Shown: positions 1 through 8,732, numbered from the stretch's first letter. The stretch is DNA of 29,723 nt from a virus (IMGVR_UViG_3300037311_000289:1-29723), one strand, 5' to 3'. Program-made: numbers and translations. The notes: generated by a model not told the origin, from the sequence alone.

Positions 1-46
<46 letters not shown>

Positions 47-137
47 TGTGCGCGACATCAACGATTTCAACGGGTTGTAAAAATGCTTGCCGCCAAATGC
101 GGTCGAGAGCCATCGTTGGGCGCGCGGCGCCGCTGCG

Positions 138-3017
138 TCAAGCGAGAAGCTGGTTGACCAGGATCTGCCGCGCGCTGGCGTAGGCCGCGGCCGAAGCCGC
201 GTCGGCCGCGTCTGTCAGGATCCCGCCGACATACGTCAGCTTCATCCGCAGCGTGGTGCCGGCGGCCGTCGTGCCCAGCATCGACAGCGGGCTTGCCGTT
301 TGCGCCACGGACGCCTGGGTGCCGGAGGTCACCGCCAACCCGTTCCGACGGTAGGCCCATGCGGTTGACGTCGTGCGCCGCAGCAGGTGCCGGCCGACCG
401 CCGAAACCGTCGCGTTGGTATCCGATCCAGTGTTGACGCGCAGCGTGGCTTGCGTCGCCGTGGCGCGCGCCACCATGCGGAACCCGGAGAAGTTGCCGGC
501 GACGAGGCAGGACGTGGTTTCCACGTTGTCCGCCTGCAGGATGTCGAGGCTGACCGCGGCGGCGTCTCGCTGGAAGTTTTGGCCAGCCGCGTTGCCGACG
601 AAGCTCGGCCACAGGATGCGGCTTCCGGGCGCGCCGTCGCCCTGGAAGCCGCCGCCGGCGGTCCAGGCCACGTTGCCTTCGATCACCGCGTTGTGGTTGC
701 GCTTCAGCCCGCGCAGCGACCATTGCGGCGTCGGTCCCTCCATGTAGGGCTGCTCGTCCGCCGTCGCCCAGCTGCCGCCGGCCTTCAGCGCCTTGATCAG
801 CCGATCGATCTGCGCTTCGACCCCCGGCGTGATCACCGATCCGTCGAGGCCGGCAGCGACGCCGGCGGCGATGAACGCCGTGGCGTCGGCGTCCTGGTTG
901 CCGATCACCATCAGCGTCAGCGCGCGCCGCCGATACGCCACGGGGTTGCCTTGCGTCGCGTCTCCGGGCAACGGACCCACGGTCAGGCCCATGTGGCATT
1001 GCCACGTCCAGGGCTGCGCCGGGTTGCGGTACGGGCCGGTTCCGAGAATGCCGTACACCGCCTGCAGCTCGACCGGGTGATCGGCGTCGACGCCCACGGC
1101 AAGGCCGGATTTGAGGCGCAGGCGGCGCTCGCCCGCGACCTCCACAATCTCGAACTTGTCGTCGGGATCGCTGAGGATCGACCAGAACGCCGTGCCTTCG
1201 GCCTGGTCGTGCGCGTGCGTCAGGGTCAGCACGTCCGTACCGGCGGGCGTGCCGTCGGCGGCGGCGCCGCCCTGGAAGCCCGGCCGCCACGTGGTGCCGA
1301 TGGTCAGCTGCGGCCAGGCCGGCGACACCTCGATGGTGATGTCGGTGAGCCAGTGCAGGTTCGATTGTCCTTCGCGACGGAACAGCGGCGTTCCCGCCTG
1401 CACGTTGATCCACCGCCAGTCGAAGATGCGCAGCGTCTGGTTCGTCTTGCTTTCGCTGCCGTAGAAAATCTCCTGCGCGCTGGACGGCAGGATGTCCGTG
1501 CCCGGCGCGGGCACCCAGCTTTTCTGGCAGGCCACCGGCGGCATCTTGGCGGCCGCGACCGTGGTCCAGTGGTACCATTGCGGGCGCGTGTGCTCGTAGG
1601 TCGCGCCGGTCATGAGGAGAAAGTAATGATGCCGGCGCTTGGGGTCCGAACCTTCCGTGCCGGGCACGGTGCACGGATTGATCACCGCCTCGTCGAACGT
1701 CGGCGTCACGCGGCCGCTGCGCGTCCAGTCCTTGATGCCGATGTTGTTGTTCCAACTCACGGTGCGACGCCAAGGGATGCCTTGCGTCTTGCGGTCCCAT
1801 CCGCCGTCGGGATGCAGCGTGGTCCCCATGTCCCAGAATTGGCCCTGGTTGATGTTGCCCACGCTGTCGTCGTCGAGGTCCCCGCCGTCGCCCTGGGCGA
1901 ACCCGGATGGCGGGGCCATGATGTGCGCGCGGGAGAAGAACCCGAACACGCGAATGTCGTTGGTGGTGTCCCCCGGCGGCGGACTGGGCGGATTGTCCTC
2001 GACGAACGAGGGGATCGCCGCGATGCCGGCGGGATTGTTGCCGAGCTGGTTGACGCTTCGGCCGTCAGACGAGCTGTCGATGACTTCGACGTCGCGGCAG
2101 TTGCGCAGGGTGAGAAGGTTCTGCGCGGTCCAGTCGCCCGGGCAGTTGATCACCCGCAGGCCGTCGATGCGCGCCTTGCCGGGGTTTTCGAAGTTGGGCG
2201 TCCAGTCGCACTGGATGTACCGGTAATAGTTCGATCCCGGGCAGTTCTCGATCTCGAGGTCGTACACGACCTGCGCCGGCGCGCCCACGGCGACGCTCGG
2301 CACGAAGGCGATGGCCGAGCGAAAGTTGTCGAAGCGGAACCCGCGGATCGTGATGTTGTCGCAGCCTTGGCTGAGCCGGAAACCGAACGAGCCGGATTGG
2401 TCGGTGCGCGGCGGCGCGCCGCGGCCGCCGTTGATGCGGATCGGCGCGCCTTCGACGCCATTGGCGTCGCAGCTGCGGATGATCGTGCGCGTGTTGCCCT
2501 TGCCAGGATAGCCGGGTCCCAGGAACACGCCGTTCGAGCCGCCGAGGATCGAATACTCGCCGAGATCGTTCCGCACGTTGATGCGGATGATCTTGCCGTT
2601 GGCGGCCGCCATGGCCTGGGCCTGCATGGCGGGAATCTGGAACAGGCTGGCGCGCGCGTTGGCGGCGCTGCTGCCCGATCCGTCGCCTTGCGCCGTGGGC
2701 GCGATCCAGCGGTCTTCGTAGGGGATGGGCGCGACCCCTGCGTCCTGCAGAGCCACGGTCACGTCGCCGCCGACCGGCATGCCGGTGACGACCAGGCTTT
2801 TGAGCACCGGCGCGCCGGCATGCGCCGCGACGACGAGGATGCCGTCGCCGACATGCAGCCGCGCGCGGGCAAAATTGAAATACCCCGGCGCTTCCACCGT
2901 CGCCGCCGCGTCGTCGGTCGCGTAGACGTAACGGTCCACCATGTGGCCGCGCGGCCGCCCGTCTTCGCCGCCCACTGGTCCCGTTGAGATGCGCCGCAGC
3001 GCGCGCACGGCCAGCAT
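138..3017 (-). CDS. 959-aa modular virion surface protein: decoration-like N-terminal domain, probable right-handed beta-helix, cadherin/Ig-like segment, C-terminal lectin-like domain
   Basis: ATG at 3017 overlaps the upstream stop (TGATG) and follows a GGGAGG RBS. N-terminus is paralogous to 17455-17751. WIAPTAQGDGSGSSAANA and repeated beta-strand/turn units (DNITIRGFRFDNF, IDGLRVINC, CRDVEVIDS) suggest a pectate-lyase-like fold. Domain calls are by eye. Confidence 0.75.
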   Translation of the reverse strand: MLAVRALRRISTGPVGGEDGRPRGHMVDRYVYATDDAAATVEAPGYFNFARARLHVGDGILVVAAHAGAPVLKSLVVTGMPVGGDVTVALQDAGVAPIPYEDRWIAPTAQGDGSGSSAANARASLFQIPAMQAQAMAAANGKIIRINVRNDLGEYSILGGSNGVFLGPGYPGKGNTRTIIRSCDANGVEGAPIRINGGRGAPPRTDQSGSFGFRLSQGCDNITIRGFRFDNFRSAIAFVPSVAVGAPAQVVYDLEIENCPGSNYYRYIQCDWTPNFENPGKARIDGLRVINCPGDWTAQNLLTLRNCRDVEVIDSSSDGRSVNQLGNNPAGIAAIPSFVEDNPPSPPPGDTTNDIRVFGFFSRAHIMAPPSGFAQGDGGDLDDDSVGNINQGQFWDMGTTLHPDGGWDRKTQGIPWRRTVSWNNNIGIKDWTRSGRVTPTFDEAVINPCTVPGTEGSDPKRRHHYFLLMTGATYEHTRPQWYHWTTVAAAKMPPVACQKSWVPAPGTDILPSSAQEIFYGSESKTNQTLRIFDWRWINVQAGTPLFRREGQSNLHWLTDITIEVSPAWPQLTIGTTWRPGFQGGAAADGTPAGTDVLTLTHAHDQAEGTAFWSILSDPDDKFEIVEVAGERRLRLKSGLAVGVDADHPVELQAVYGILGTGPYRNPAQPWTWQCHMGLTVGPLPGDATQGNPVAYRRRALTLMVIGNQDADATAFIAAGVAAGLDGSVITPGVEAQIDRLIKALKAGGSWATADEQPYMEGPTPQWSLRGLKRNHNAVIEGNVAWTAGGGFQGDGAPGSRILWPSFVGNAAGQNFQRDAAAVSLDILQADNVETTSCLVAGNFSGFRMVARATATQATLRVNTGSDTNATVSAVGRHLLRRTTSTAWAYRRNGLAVTSGTQASVAQTASPLSMLGTTAAGTTLRMKLTYVGGILTDAADAASAAAYASARQILVNQLLA

Positions 3018-3271
3018 CACGCGCCTCCCTTGAACCGATGCGCCAGCCGCTCCATCGCTTCCATCAGGCCGACGAGGCCGATCACCGCGCCGACCAGGAG
3101 GATGACCGCCCACCGCATCAGCCGGCCCACGGTCAGCATCGATCGGATCATGTGCACGCCCTCGGTCAGCGTCCGCACGTCCTGCGGCGCCATGCGCTCC
3201 AGCCACACGCGCACGTCCTCGGGCAGGTCGGCGTAGCGCTCGACCACGCGGCGGTCGTGCTCCTCGCTCAT
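3017..3271 (-). CDS. Small membrane protein, holin-like (84 aa)
   Basis: ATG 3271 overlaps the o-spanin stop (ATGA) with a GGAG RBS; one hydrophobic helix WAVILLVGAVIGLVGLM; located in the lysis cassette. Confidence 0.55.
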   Translation of the reverse strand: MSEEHDRRVVERYADLPEDVRVWLERMAPQDVRTLTEGVHMIRSMLTVGRLMRWAVILLVGAVIGLVGLMEAMERLAHRFKGGA

Positions 3272-3468
3272 CGGCTCCAGCATCGCGCCGCGATCCCCGC
3301 TTCGCGCGCTTCAGCGCGGGCCCATGCGTCGGTCGCCTGCGCAAGCTCGCCAGCGAGCAGCCTGCAGGTCGCCGAAACGGCAGCGCCCCGTGGCGTCGTC
3401 CCACAGGCCGCCGTCGTCACGGCAAGCGCGCACGCAAGCGCGCGCGCGGTTGACCGCGTCCACCTCAT
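3268..3468 (-). CDS. Outer-membrane spanin (Rz1-like lipoprotein, 66 aa)
   Basis: Basic N-terminus, hydrophobic stretch and lipobox-like TAAC; overlaps the 3' half of the i-spanin in another frame; stop is coupled to the next start. Confidence 0.72.
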   Translation of the reverse strand: MRWTRSTARALACALAVTTAACGTTPRGAAVSATCRLLAGELAQATDAWARAEAREAGIAARCWSR

Positions 3469-3601
3469 CCCGGATCTCCTCGATAGCGTCTTCCCGGCCG
3501 ATGGCGCGCTGGCCGTCGACGATGATCACGGCCACGCGATAGGCCGCCAACGCAAACACGGCCGTCGCGGCGGCCATCAGGCCCGCGCGCCAGCCGATCA
3601 C
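3311..3601 (-). CDS. Inner-membrane spanin (Rz-like, 96 aa)
   Basis: GTG start overlaps the endolysin stop (GTGA); N-terminal TM helix then charged helical region; overlapped by a lipoprotein gene. Confidence 0.68.
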   Translation of the reverse strand: MIGWRAGLMAAATAVFALAAYRVAVIIVDGQRAIGREDAIEEIRDEVDAVNRARACVRACRDDGGLWDDATGRCRFGDLQAARWRACAGDRRMGPR

Positions 3602-4407
3602 AGCCCGGCCTCGCGCCGGTGCCGCAGCCGCTCGCGGATCGTCCAGGCGGCCGCGGCCACCACCAGCGCGGCGCTGATGACGGCCACGGTCTGCCACGGC
3701 ACGCCGGCGAGCGCGGTCACCACGGGCGCCCCGATGGCGCTCAGCATCGCGCCGATCTGGCTCCACACCGTGGTCGACGTCGCCGGCGGCTTGCCGGCCG
3801 GCGCCGCGTCCACCACGTCGGCCGGCACGGGCTTGCGGTCGAACGCCTGGCGCAGCGCGTCCTCGAACGCCCGGGCGTAGCCGGCGATCAGTTGGGCGCG
3901 GTCGCGTCCGTTGACAATCGCCCGCGCGCCCTCGAAATCGAACGAACCGACGCCGAACTGGAATTCCGCAAGCCGCTTGCCCGTGAACCAGCCGTCGCGC
4001 ATGCCCTCGAACAAAATGCGCGCGGCGATGCCCGGGCGCAGCGCGAGATCCGGCTCCAGCACCAGGTCGATGCCGAGCCGCAGGCCGGCCTTGGCGTAGT
4101 TTTCCCGCCAGGTCAGCTGCACGTAGCCGCGGCCGTAATAGGTTTGCCCGGTCTGTTCGTCGCGCACGCCGTAGCGCCGGCCGCGGCCGCGGCCGATCTC
4201 GCGCACCGGCTGCATGGTGTGCGCCGTCTCGTGATACGCCGTCGCCAACACGTAGGCGGCCATCGGCAGCGACAGATCCGCGTAGCTCGACCGCCAGAGG
4301 CCGACAAGGACGTTGAGGCCGTCGACCGCACGCTGCGGCAGGCCGTTGCGCCACAGCGAGCGTCGCAGCTCGGCGAACAACACGGTCATGTTGATGGGGT
4401 CGGCCAT
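3598..4407 (-). CDS. Endolysin, glycoside hydrolase family 19-like, with hydrophobic C-terminal tail (269 aa)
   Basis: AYVLATAYHET and YYGRGYVQLTWRENY motifs plus ARAIVNG are typical of GH19 phage lysins; starts 2 nt after the tail-fibre stop. Confidence 0.85.
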   Translation of the reverse strand: MADPINMTVLFAELRRSLWRNGLPQRAVDGLNVLVGLWRSSYADLSLPMAAYVLATAYHETAHTMQPVREIGRGRGRRYGVRDEQTGQTYYGRGYVQLTWRENYAKAGLRLGIDLVLEPDLALRPGIAARILFEGMRDGWFTGKRLAEFQFGVGSFDFEGARAIVNGRDRAQLIAGYARAFEDALRQAFDRKPVPADVVDAAPAGKPPATSTTVWSQIGAMLSAIGAPVVTALAGVPWQTVAVISAALVVAAAAWTIRERLRHRREAGL

Positions 4408-4409
4408 GA

Positions 4410-6176
4410 TCACAGCTCCAGCGGTGCGACGAGCCAGCGCTGCACGCCGGCGTGATAGGCGATCAGCAGCATGGCGTTTCCGACGCTGACGAGGTTGGCT
4501 CCGGTCATGCTGCTGAAGCGCCGTTCGGGCACGAGTTCGCTTGCGCTTTCGTGCTCGATGGTCATCACCTGGCCGCTCATATTGACGAGCAGAGCCACCT
4601 GCCCGTCGATGCCCGGCAGCATCGACCGCAACGTGAACGCGGCGGTCGGGCCGGTGATGGTCACGAACGCGGTGGAAGGCGTCGCCAGCGAGCCGGAGAC
4701 GCCGTTGGGCAGCGCGCGATCGAGCCTCGTCAGCTGCAGCCCGCCGAACGTGTTGCGGCCGGTCCAGACATTGTCGGCCTGCAGGCGATCCACCCGGCCG
4801 GCGTGCATGGCCGCGTTGAAGTAGCGGTAGCCGAACGTCTCGAGGCCGATCGACGAGAAGTGCAGCGTGTCCAACATCGGCAGGTCGTGCGCCCGCGCCA
4901 GCGCCATGCGCGGGTCGGCCGCCGCCAGCCACTCGAGATCGGGATTGCGGCTGTCGGTGGGGTTGCCGCCGCTGGTGCCCCCATGGGCGAGCTCGCCCAG
5001 CACGATCCGCGTCGCGGGGCCGATCACGCGCGCGCCGGCGAAGTCGACGTTGGGCGTGCGAAACTCGTTGAAGAGCGTCTGGAACCGCGCGCGGTATTGC
5101 GCCGAGGTCGAGACGCCGTCGCGGTCGCCTTCGCCCTGATGCCACAGGAAATACTCGGGGACCGAGATGCCCCAGCTCGCGAGCTGCGGCGAGGCCAGCG
5201 CGTCGCGCACCGCCGCATACAGCGACACGTACATGGCGCCCGTCGCGCCTGGCACGCCGCCGCCGCCCGGTCGCCACTGGGCGATCTGCTGGCCGCCCTG
5301 GGCGGCGTTGACGAGATAGACCGGCTGGCCCGTCGCGCGCCGCAGCGCCCGGCAGAACGTGTAGAACAGCTTCAGGTCCACCCCGAGGAACGGCCAGTCC
5401 GGGCTGTCCGGGCCGGCCTCCTTCCAGCCGGTGGTCTGCCCGGGGCCGGGGATCTGCTCCCACACGAAGACGCCCGGTTCGGTGGAGAGGTCGCCCGCGG
5501 GCGGCGCGGTCAGCCCGGCGTTGCTCTGCCCGGTGCTGATCACGAACAGCGGCCGCGCCGCCGGCGAGACGGCCGTGAGGTCTTCGACGGTCAGGATGCG
5601 CTGCTGCAGCGACGCGCTCAGCTTGGCGAACGTCACCGTACCATCGCCGGGCACGGCAAGCGGCGCGCTGCCGATCGCGCCTGCGATCGGCCGTCCGTCG
5701 CCGTCGAACATCAGCTGTCGGTTGGCGCGCGCCTGCGCCGGCGGCAGCGTCGCGCCGGCCTCGCCATAGGGCAGGGCGATGACGCGGCGGCCGAGATCGT
5801 CGATGTCGCGCCGCAACTCCTGATCGGTCACCGTCTGCCGGTCGAGCTCGCGCTCGAGGCTCGACGCGCGGATGACGCCGGCGAGCGTCACGTCGCTTGA
5901 GCGCTCCGCGGCGCGCAGCCCGCGCACGATGAGAAGCCCGCCCGCGGCGAGGCCCAGGCGCTCGATCGTAAAGCCGGACGGAGCCGCGCCGGTCAGCGCG
6001 ATGCGGCAGGTCGAGGTGATGTCGGCGAAGGCGGACGCGGGCGTCGGCGCGTAGTCGATGCGCACGTCGCGCACGTCGTAGATCTTGACGTCGATGGGGC
6101 CGAAGGTGCTTTGCCCCGGCGCGATGGCGATCGTGCGGGCGCGCGTGTCTCGCGGAATGGGTGTAGCCTGGCTCAT
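4410..6176 (-). CDS. Tail fibre/spike with SGNH (sialate O-acetylesterase-like) domain (588 aa)
   Basis: N-terminus resembles podovirus fibre anchors (..LERELDRQTVTDQEL..). SGNH/SASA blocks GQSNA, AQGG, WHQGEGD and DTLHF are present. GAGG RBS before ATG 6176. Confidence 0.82.
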   Translation of the reverse strand: MSQATPIPRDTRARTIAIAPGQSTFGPIDVKIYDVRDVRIDYAPTPASAFADITSTCRIALTGAAPSGFTIERLGLAAGGLLIVRGLRAAERSSDVTLAGVIRASSLERELDRQTVTDQELRRDIDDLGRRVIALPYGEAGATLPPAQARANRQLMFDGDGRPIAGAIGSAPLAVPGDGTVTFAKLSASLQQRILTVEDLTAVSPAARPLFVISTGQSNAGLTAPPAGDLSTEPGVFVWEQIPGPGQTTGWKEAGPDSPDWPFLGVDLKLFYTFCRALRRATGQPVYLVNAAQGGQQIAQWRPGGGGVPGATGAMYVSLYAAVRDALASPQLASWGISVPEYFLWHQGEGDRDGVSTSAQYRARFQTLFNEFRTPNVDFAGARVIGPATRIVLGELAHGGTSGGNPTDSRNPDLEWLAAADPRMALARAHDLPMLDTLHFSSIGLETFGYRYFNAAMHAGRVDRLQADNVWTGRNTFGGLQLTRLDRALPNGVSGSLATPSTAFVTITGPTAAFTLRSMLPGIDGQVALLVNMSGQVMTIEHESASELVPERRFSSMTGANLVSVGNAMLLIAYHAGVQRWLVAPLEL

Positions 6177-6198
6177 GCGCGCCCTCGGATGGACCCGC

Positions 6199-6225
6199 AT
6201 GATGCCTTGGCGCGCGCTGCGTTAA
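6199..6225 (-). promoter_or_regulatory. Putative late promoter motif TTAACG-N15-CATCAT upstream of the tail fibre
   Basis: One of four same-strand copies with identical spacing. Confidence 0.5.
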
Positions 6226-8732
6226 TCGGGCAGGGCGGCGCTCCAGTCGGGCGCGCGGCGCGGCGCGTCGGCGCCCGGCGGCCAGTAGAAGCGCTGCCCG
6301 CGCCGGCGCAGCTCGGCCTCGCGTCGTCGCCACGCGCGATAGGCGTTGGGGTCGGCCAGCAGCTGCAGCCGGTCGAAGATCATGCGCTCCATCACGGGCT
6401 TCACGAACCACGGCTGCGGGGTGTAGCGGCGCGCCAGCCGCACCGCCGCCCGCCCCGCGTTGGCGTCCTCCTCGAGGAGGTTGCGCGGGTTGGCGACCGT
6501 GGCGACGTCGGCCAGAAGTCCGCCGATTGGCCCGGCAAGGCGCGCCGCCGTCTCAGCGCCAAACTTGGTTTCTTCCGCCAGCACGTAGTCGCCCCAGAAG
6601 CCAAGCGCGCCGCCTTTGACCAACGCCGTCAGCCAGAAGTTGGCGTCGTCCATAGGCCTGGGATCGCGCCCCTTGCGCACCTCCGCCAGCTGCACCGCCA
6701 GCGCGCCGCCAATCGTCAGCGCAAGGCCGGCCGACACTGCGAACGCCGCGCCGCGCGCGCGCCCCTCCGCGGTCTCCAGCGCCACCGCGCGGATCAGCGA
6801 CATCAACACAGAGACAGGATAGCTGAGATAGGCCGTGGCAGACCGAACGCCTTCGCCCGCGATCGTTCCGGGCTTGGTGCCGCCCGTCAGCGCCGCGCGC
6901 ACGCGCTGCGTGCCCTGCGGCACGGCCTCCTCGACAAAGCCGTGCAGCGCCTCCGAATACCGCAGGCCGAGATCGAACAGCGCGCGGTCGTCGCCGGCCG
7001 CGCGCATCACGTCGATCGGGCGCAGCATCATGCCCGCTTCGCCGTGGTCGACGCCCGGCGTCGCGCGGATCCTGTCCCAGTCGGCGTCATTGATGCCGAA
7101 CCCGCGCAGATGCCGGGCAAAGCGCTGATCGGCGTTCGATCCTTGATCGAGATCGGCGAGCGTGCGGCCCGCGACGTCGCCGGCCTGAAACATGAACGCC
7201 TGCGCGTTGGCCCTCCGGTTGGCGTTGGTCCAGGGCGTCAGCAGCGTCCACTGGAACACGCGGTCCGGCACCCATTGCGTCAGCTCGCGCGAGGACGTGG
7301 TGAGGCTGGCCTGCGCCACCTCGAACCGCAGCATGGCGAGCGCGTCCTCGATGATGACGCCGGAGCGCTGCACCTCGCGGCGCGAGGCGGTCGAGAACAA
7401 TTGTCGCGTGATCTGCGGGATCCAGTCCAGCCGGCGCATGCCCGCGAACGTACGCGCCAGCGCCGACTGGAACGGATCGGTCGCCATGGCCGTCAGCGCC
7501 GCCGACGAGAGATGGATGCCGGTCAGCACGTTGCGCAGCCCCTGCATGGCGTCGGCCGCGACCAGATTTCCGACGCCGACCGATCCGTTGACCTGATCCC
7601 ACAGCCGGCGCATGAGATAGGCGTTGCTGCCGACGCCGACCGGCGCGCCGGCGCGCTTGACGCCGCGATAGAGGCTCTCCTGTCCGACCAGCGCCTTGGC
7701 CGCCTCCGCTTCGATCACCTGCTCCATCCAGGTCACCGTGGCCGACGGATTGGGTCCGAGGATCTCCAGCGCCGCCACGTCCTTGGCCATGCCGCGCAGA
7801 TGCTCGATCATGGCTGCGAAGACGTCGTCGCCGCCATACGCGCGATTGTAGGCCCGCCAGGCGTCGGCGTCGCGAAAGTGCAGGAAACGATGCTCGGCGC
7901 GCTGGCTTGAGAGCGCGCCGCGGCCGGCGACCGCGCGCGAGGGCAACCTGTCGATGACGCCGTTGGTCACGATGGTGTCGAAGACCTCGCCGAGCACGTG
8001 CTCGAGCCGCGACGGCGCAAACGGTTGACCCGTGGTTTCATCGATCATCCGCGCGACGTCCAGCAGCGGCGTGATGTCGGCGATCCATCGCGTGCGGCCG
8101 GCGCGCGCCAGCGCCGCCCCCTCGTGGCGCTGCGGAAACCAGCCGTCCAGCTTGGCGATGCGCCCGCCCGCCGCGTTGAACATCTGACGAAACTCTTCGG
8201 CGACGCCCTGGAACGCCTCGAGAAACCCACGCGCCGCAGCATCGCCGGACGATCCGGGCTTGAACGCCTCGTCGACCATGGCGGCCATGCGCGGCCGCCC
8301 GTGTCGCCGGCCGGAAATGGCTTTGCGCCGGAACGCGTAGAGCATCTCCTCGAGGCGGCCATGGGCATAGCCGGTCAACGCGTCGCGACGACCGACGACC
8401 GAGGGCGCGCCGATCATCGAGAGGTTGCGGTTCTCGATCACCGCCATCATGGCGTTGGTGACGTCGGCCGCGCCGTTGCGCCGATGCGCGCGCGCCACCT
8501 CCATGATGTCCTTGGCGCGCGCGTCGGCCAGACTTGTCAGCCAGCGCTTGCGGGCGGCTTCGTCCTTCAGGTGCTGCACCAGCGCCGCCTGCGCGGCGGC
8601 GCGCGGGTCGGCCGCGCCGCTCTTGGCGTGCGCCGCCACGGCGTCGTCGAACGCCGCTCCTAGACGTTCGGCGTCCGCCGCGGCGAGAGCGCCTTGCGCC
8701 ACGGCGCTGGCGAGGCACTTGCGGATCGACAT
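6222..8732 (-). CDS. Large internal virion (ejection) protein (836 aa)
   Basis: Long Ala-rich helical ORF, last of the internal-protein block before the fibre, with hydrophobic segments near the C-terminus; call is by position. Confidence 0.65.
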   Translation of the reverse strand: MSIRKCLASAVAQGALAAADAERLGAAFDDAVAAHAKSGAADPRAAAQAALVQHLKDEAARKRWLTSLADARAKDIMEVARAHRRNGAADVTNAMMAVIENRNLSMIGAPSVVGRRDALTGYAHGRLEEMLYAFRRKAISGRRHGRPRMAAMVDEAFKPGSSGDAAARGFLEAFQGVAEEFRQMFNAAGGRIAKLDGWFPQRHEGAALARAGRTRWIADITPLLDVARMIDETTGQPFAPSRLEHVLGEVFDTIVTNGVIDRLPSRAVAGRGALSSQRAEHRFLHFRDADAWRAYNRAYGGDDVFAAMIEHLRGMAKDVAALEILGPNPSATVTWMEQVIEAEAAKALVGQESLYRGVKRAGAPVGVGSNAYLMRRLWDQVNGSVGVGNLVAADAMQGLRNVLTGIHLSSAALTAMATDPFQSALARTFAGMRRLDWIPQITRQLFSTASRREVQRSGVIIEDALAMLRFEVAQASLTTSSRELTQWVPDRVFQWTLLTPWTNANRRANAQAFMFQAGDVAGRTLADLDQGSNADQRFARHLRGFGINDADWDRIRATPGVDHGEAGMMLRPIDVMRAAGDDRALFDLGLRYSEALHGFVEEAVPQGTQRVRAALTGGTKPGTIAGEGVRSATAYLSYPVSVLMSLIRAVALETAEGRARGAAFAVSAGLALTIGGALAVQLAEVRKGRDPRPMDDANFWLTALVKGGALGFWGDYVLAEETKFGAETAARLAGPIGGLLADVATVANPRNLLEEDANAGRAAVRLARRYTPQPWFVKPVMERMIFDRLQLLADPNAYRAWRRREAELRRRGQRFYWPPGADAPRRAPDWSAALPD

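Noticed and set aside
387-2987. Long plus-strand ORFs (this one and 4452-5900, 6111-7910, 8895-10550, 15265-16923, 18175-19809, 22703-24055)
   Set aside because: Antisense shadows of real minus-strand genes, expected at high GC; Arg-rich with no motifs.
2745-3017. Diversity-generating retroelement TR/VR pair with 17455-17751, considered because of the BPP-1-like gene order
   Set aside because: Differences are not confined to adenines and include synonymous changes, the repeat is N-terminal, and no reverse transcriptase is in the window; ordinary paralogy fits better.
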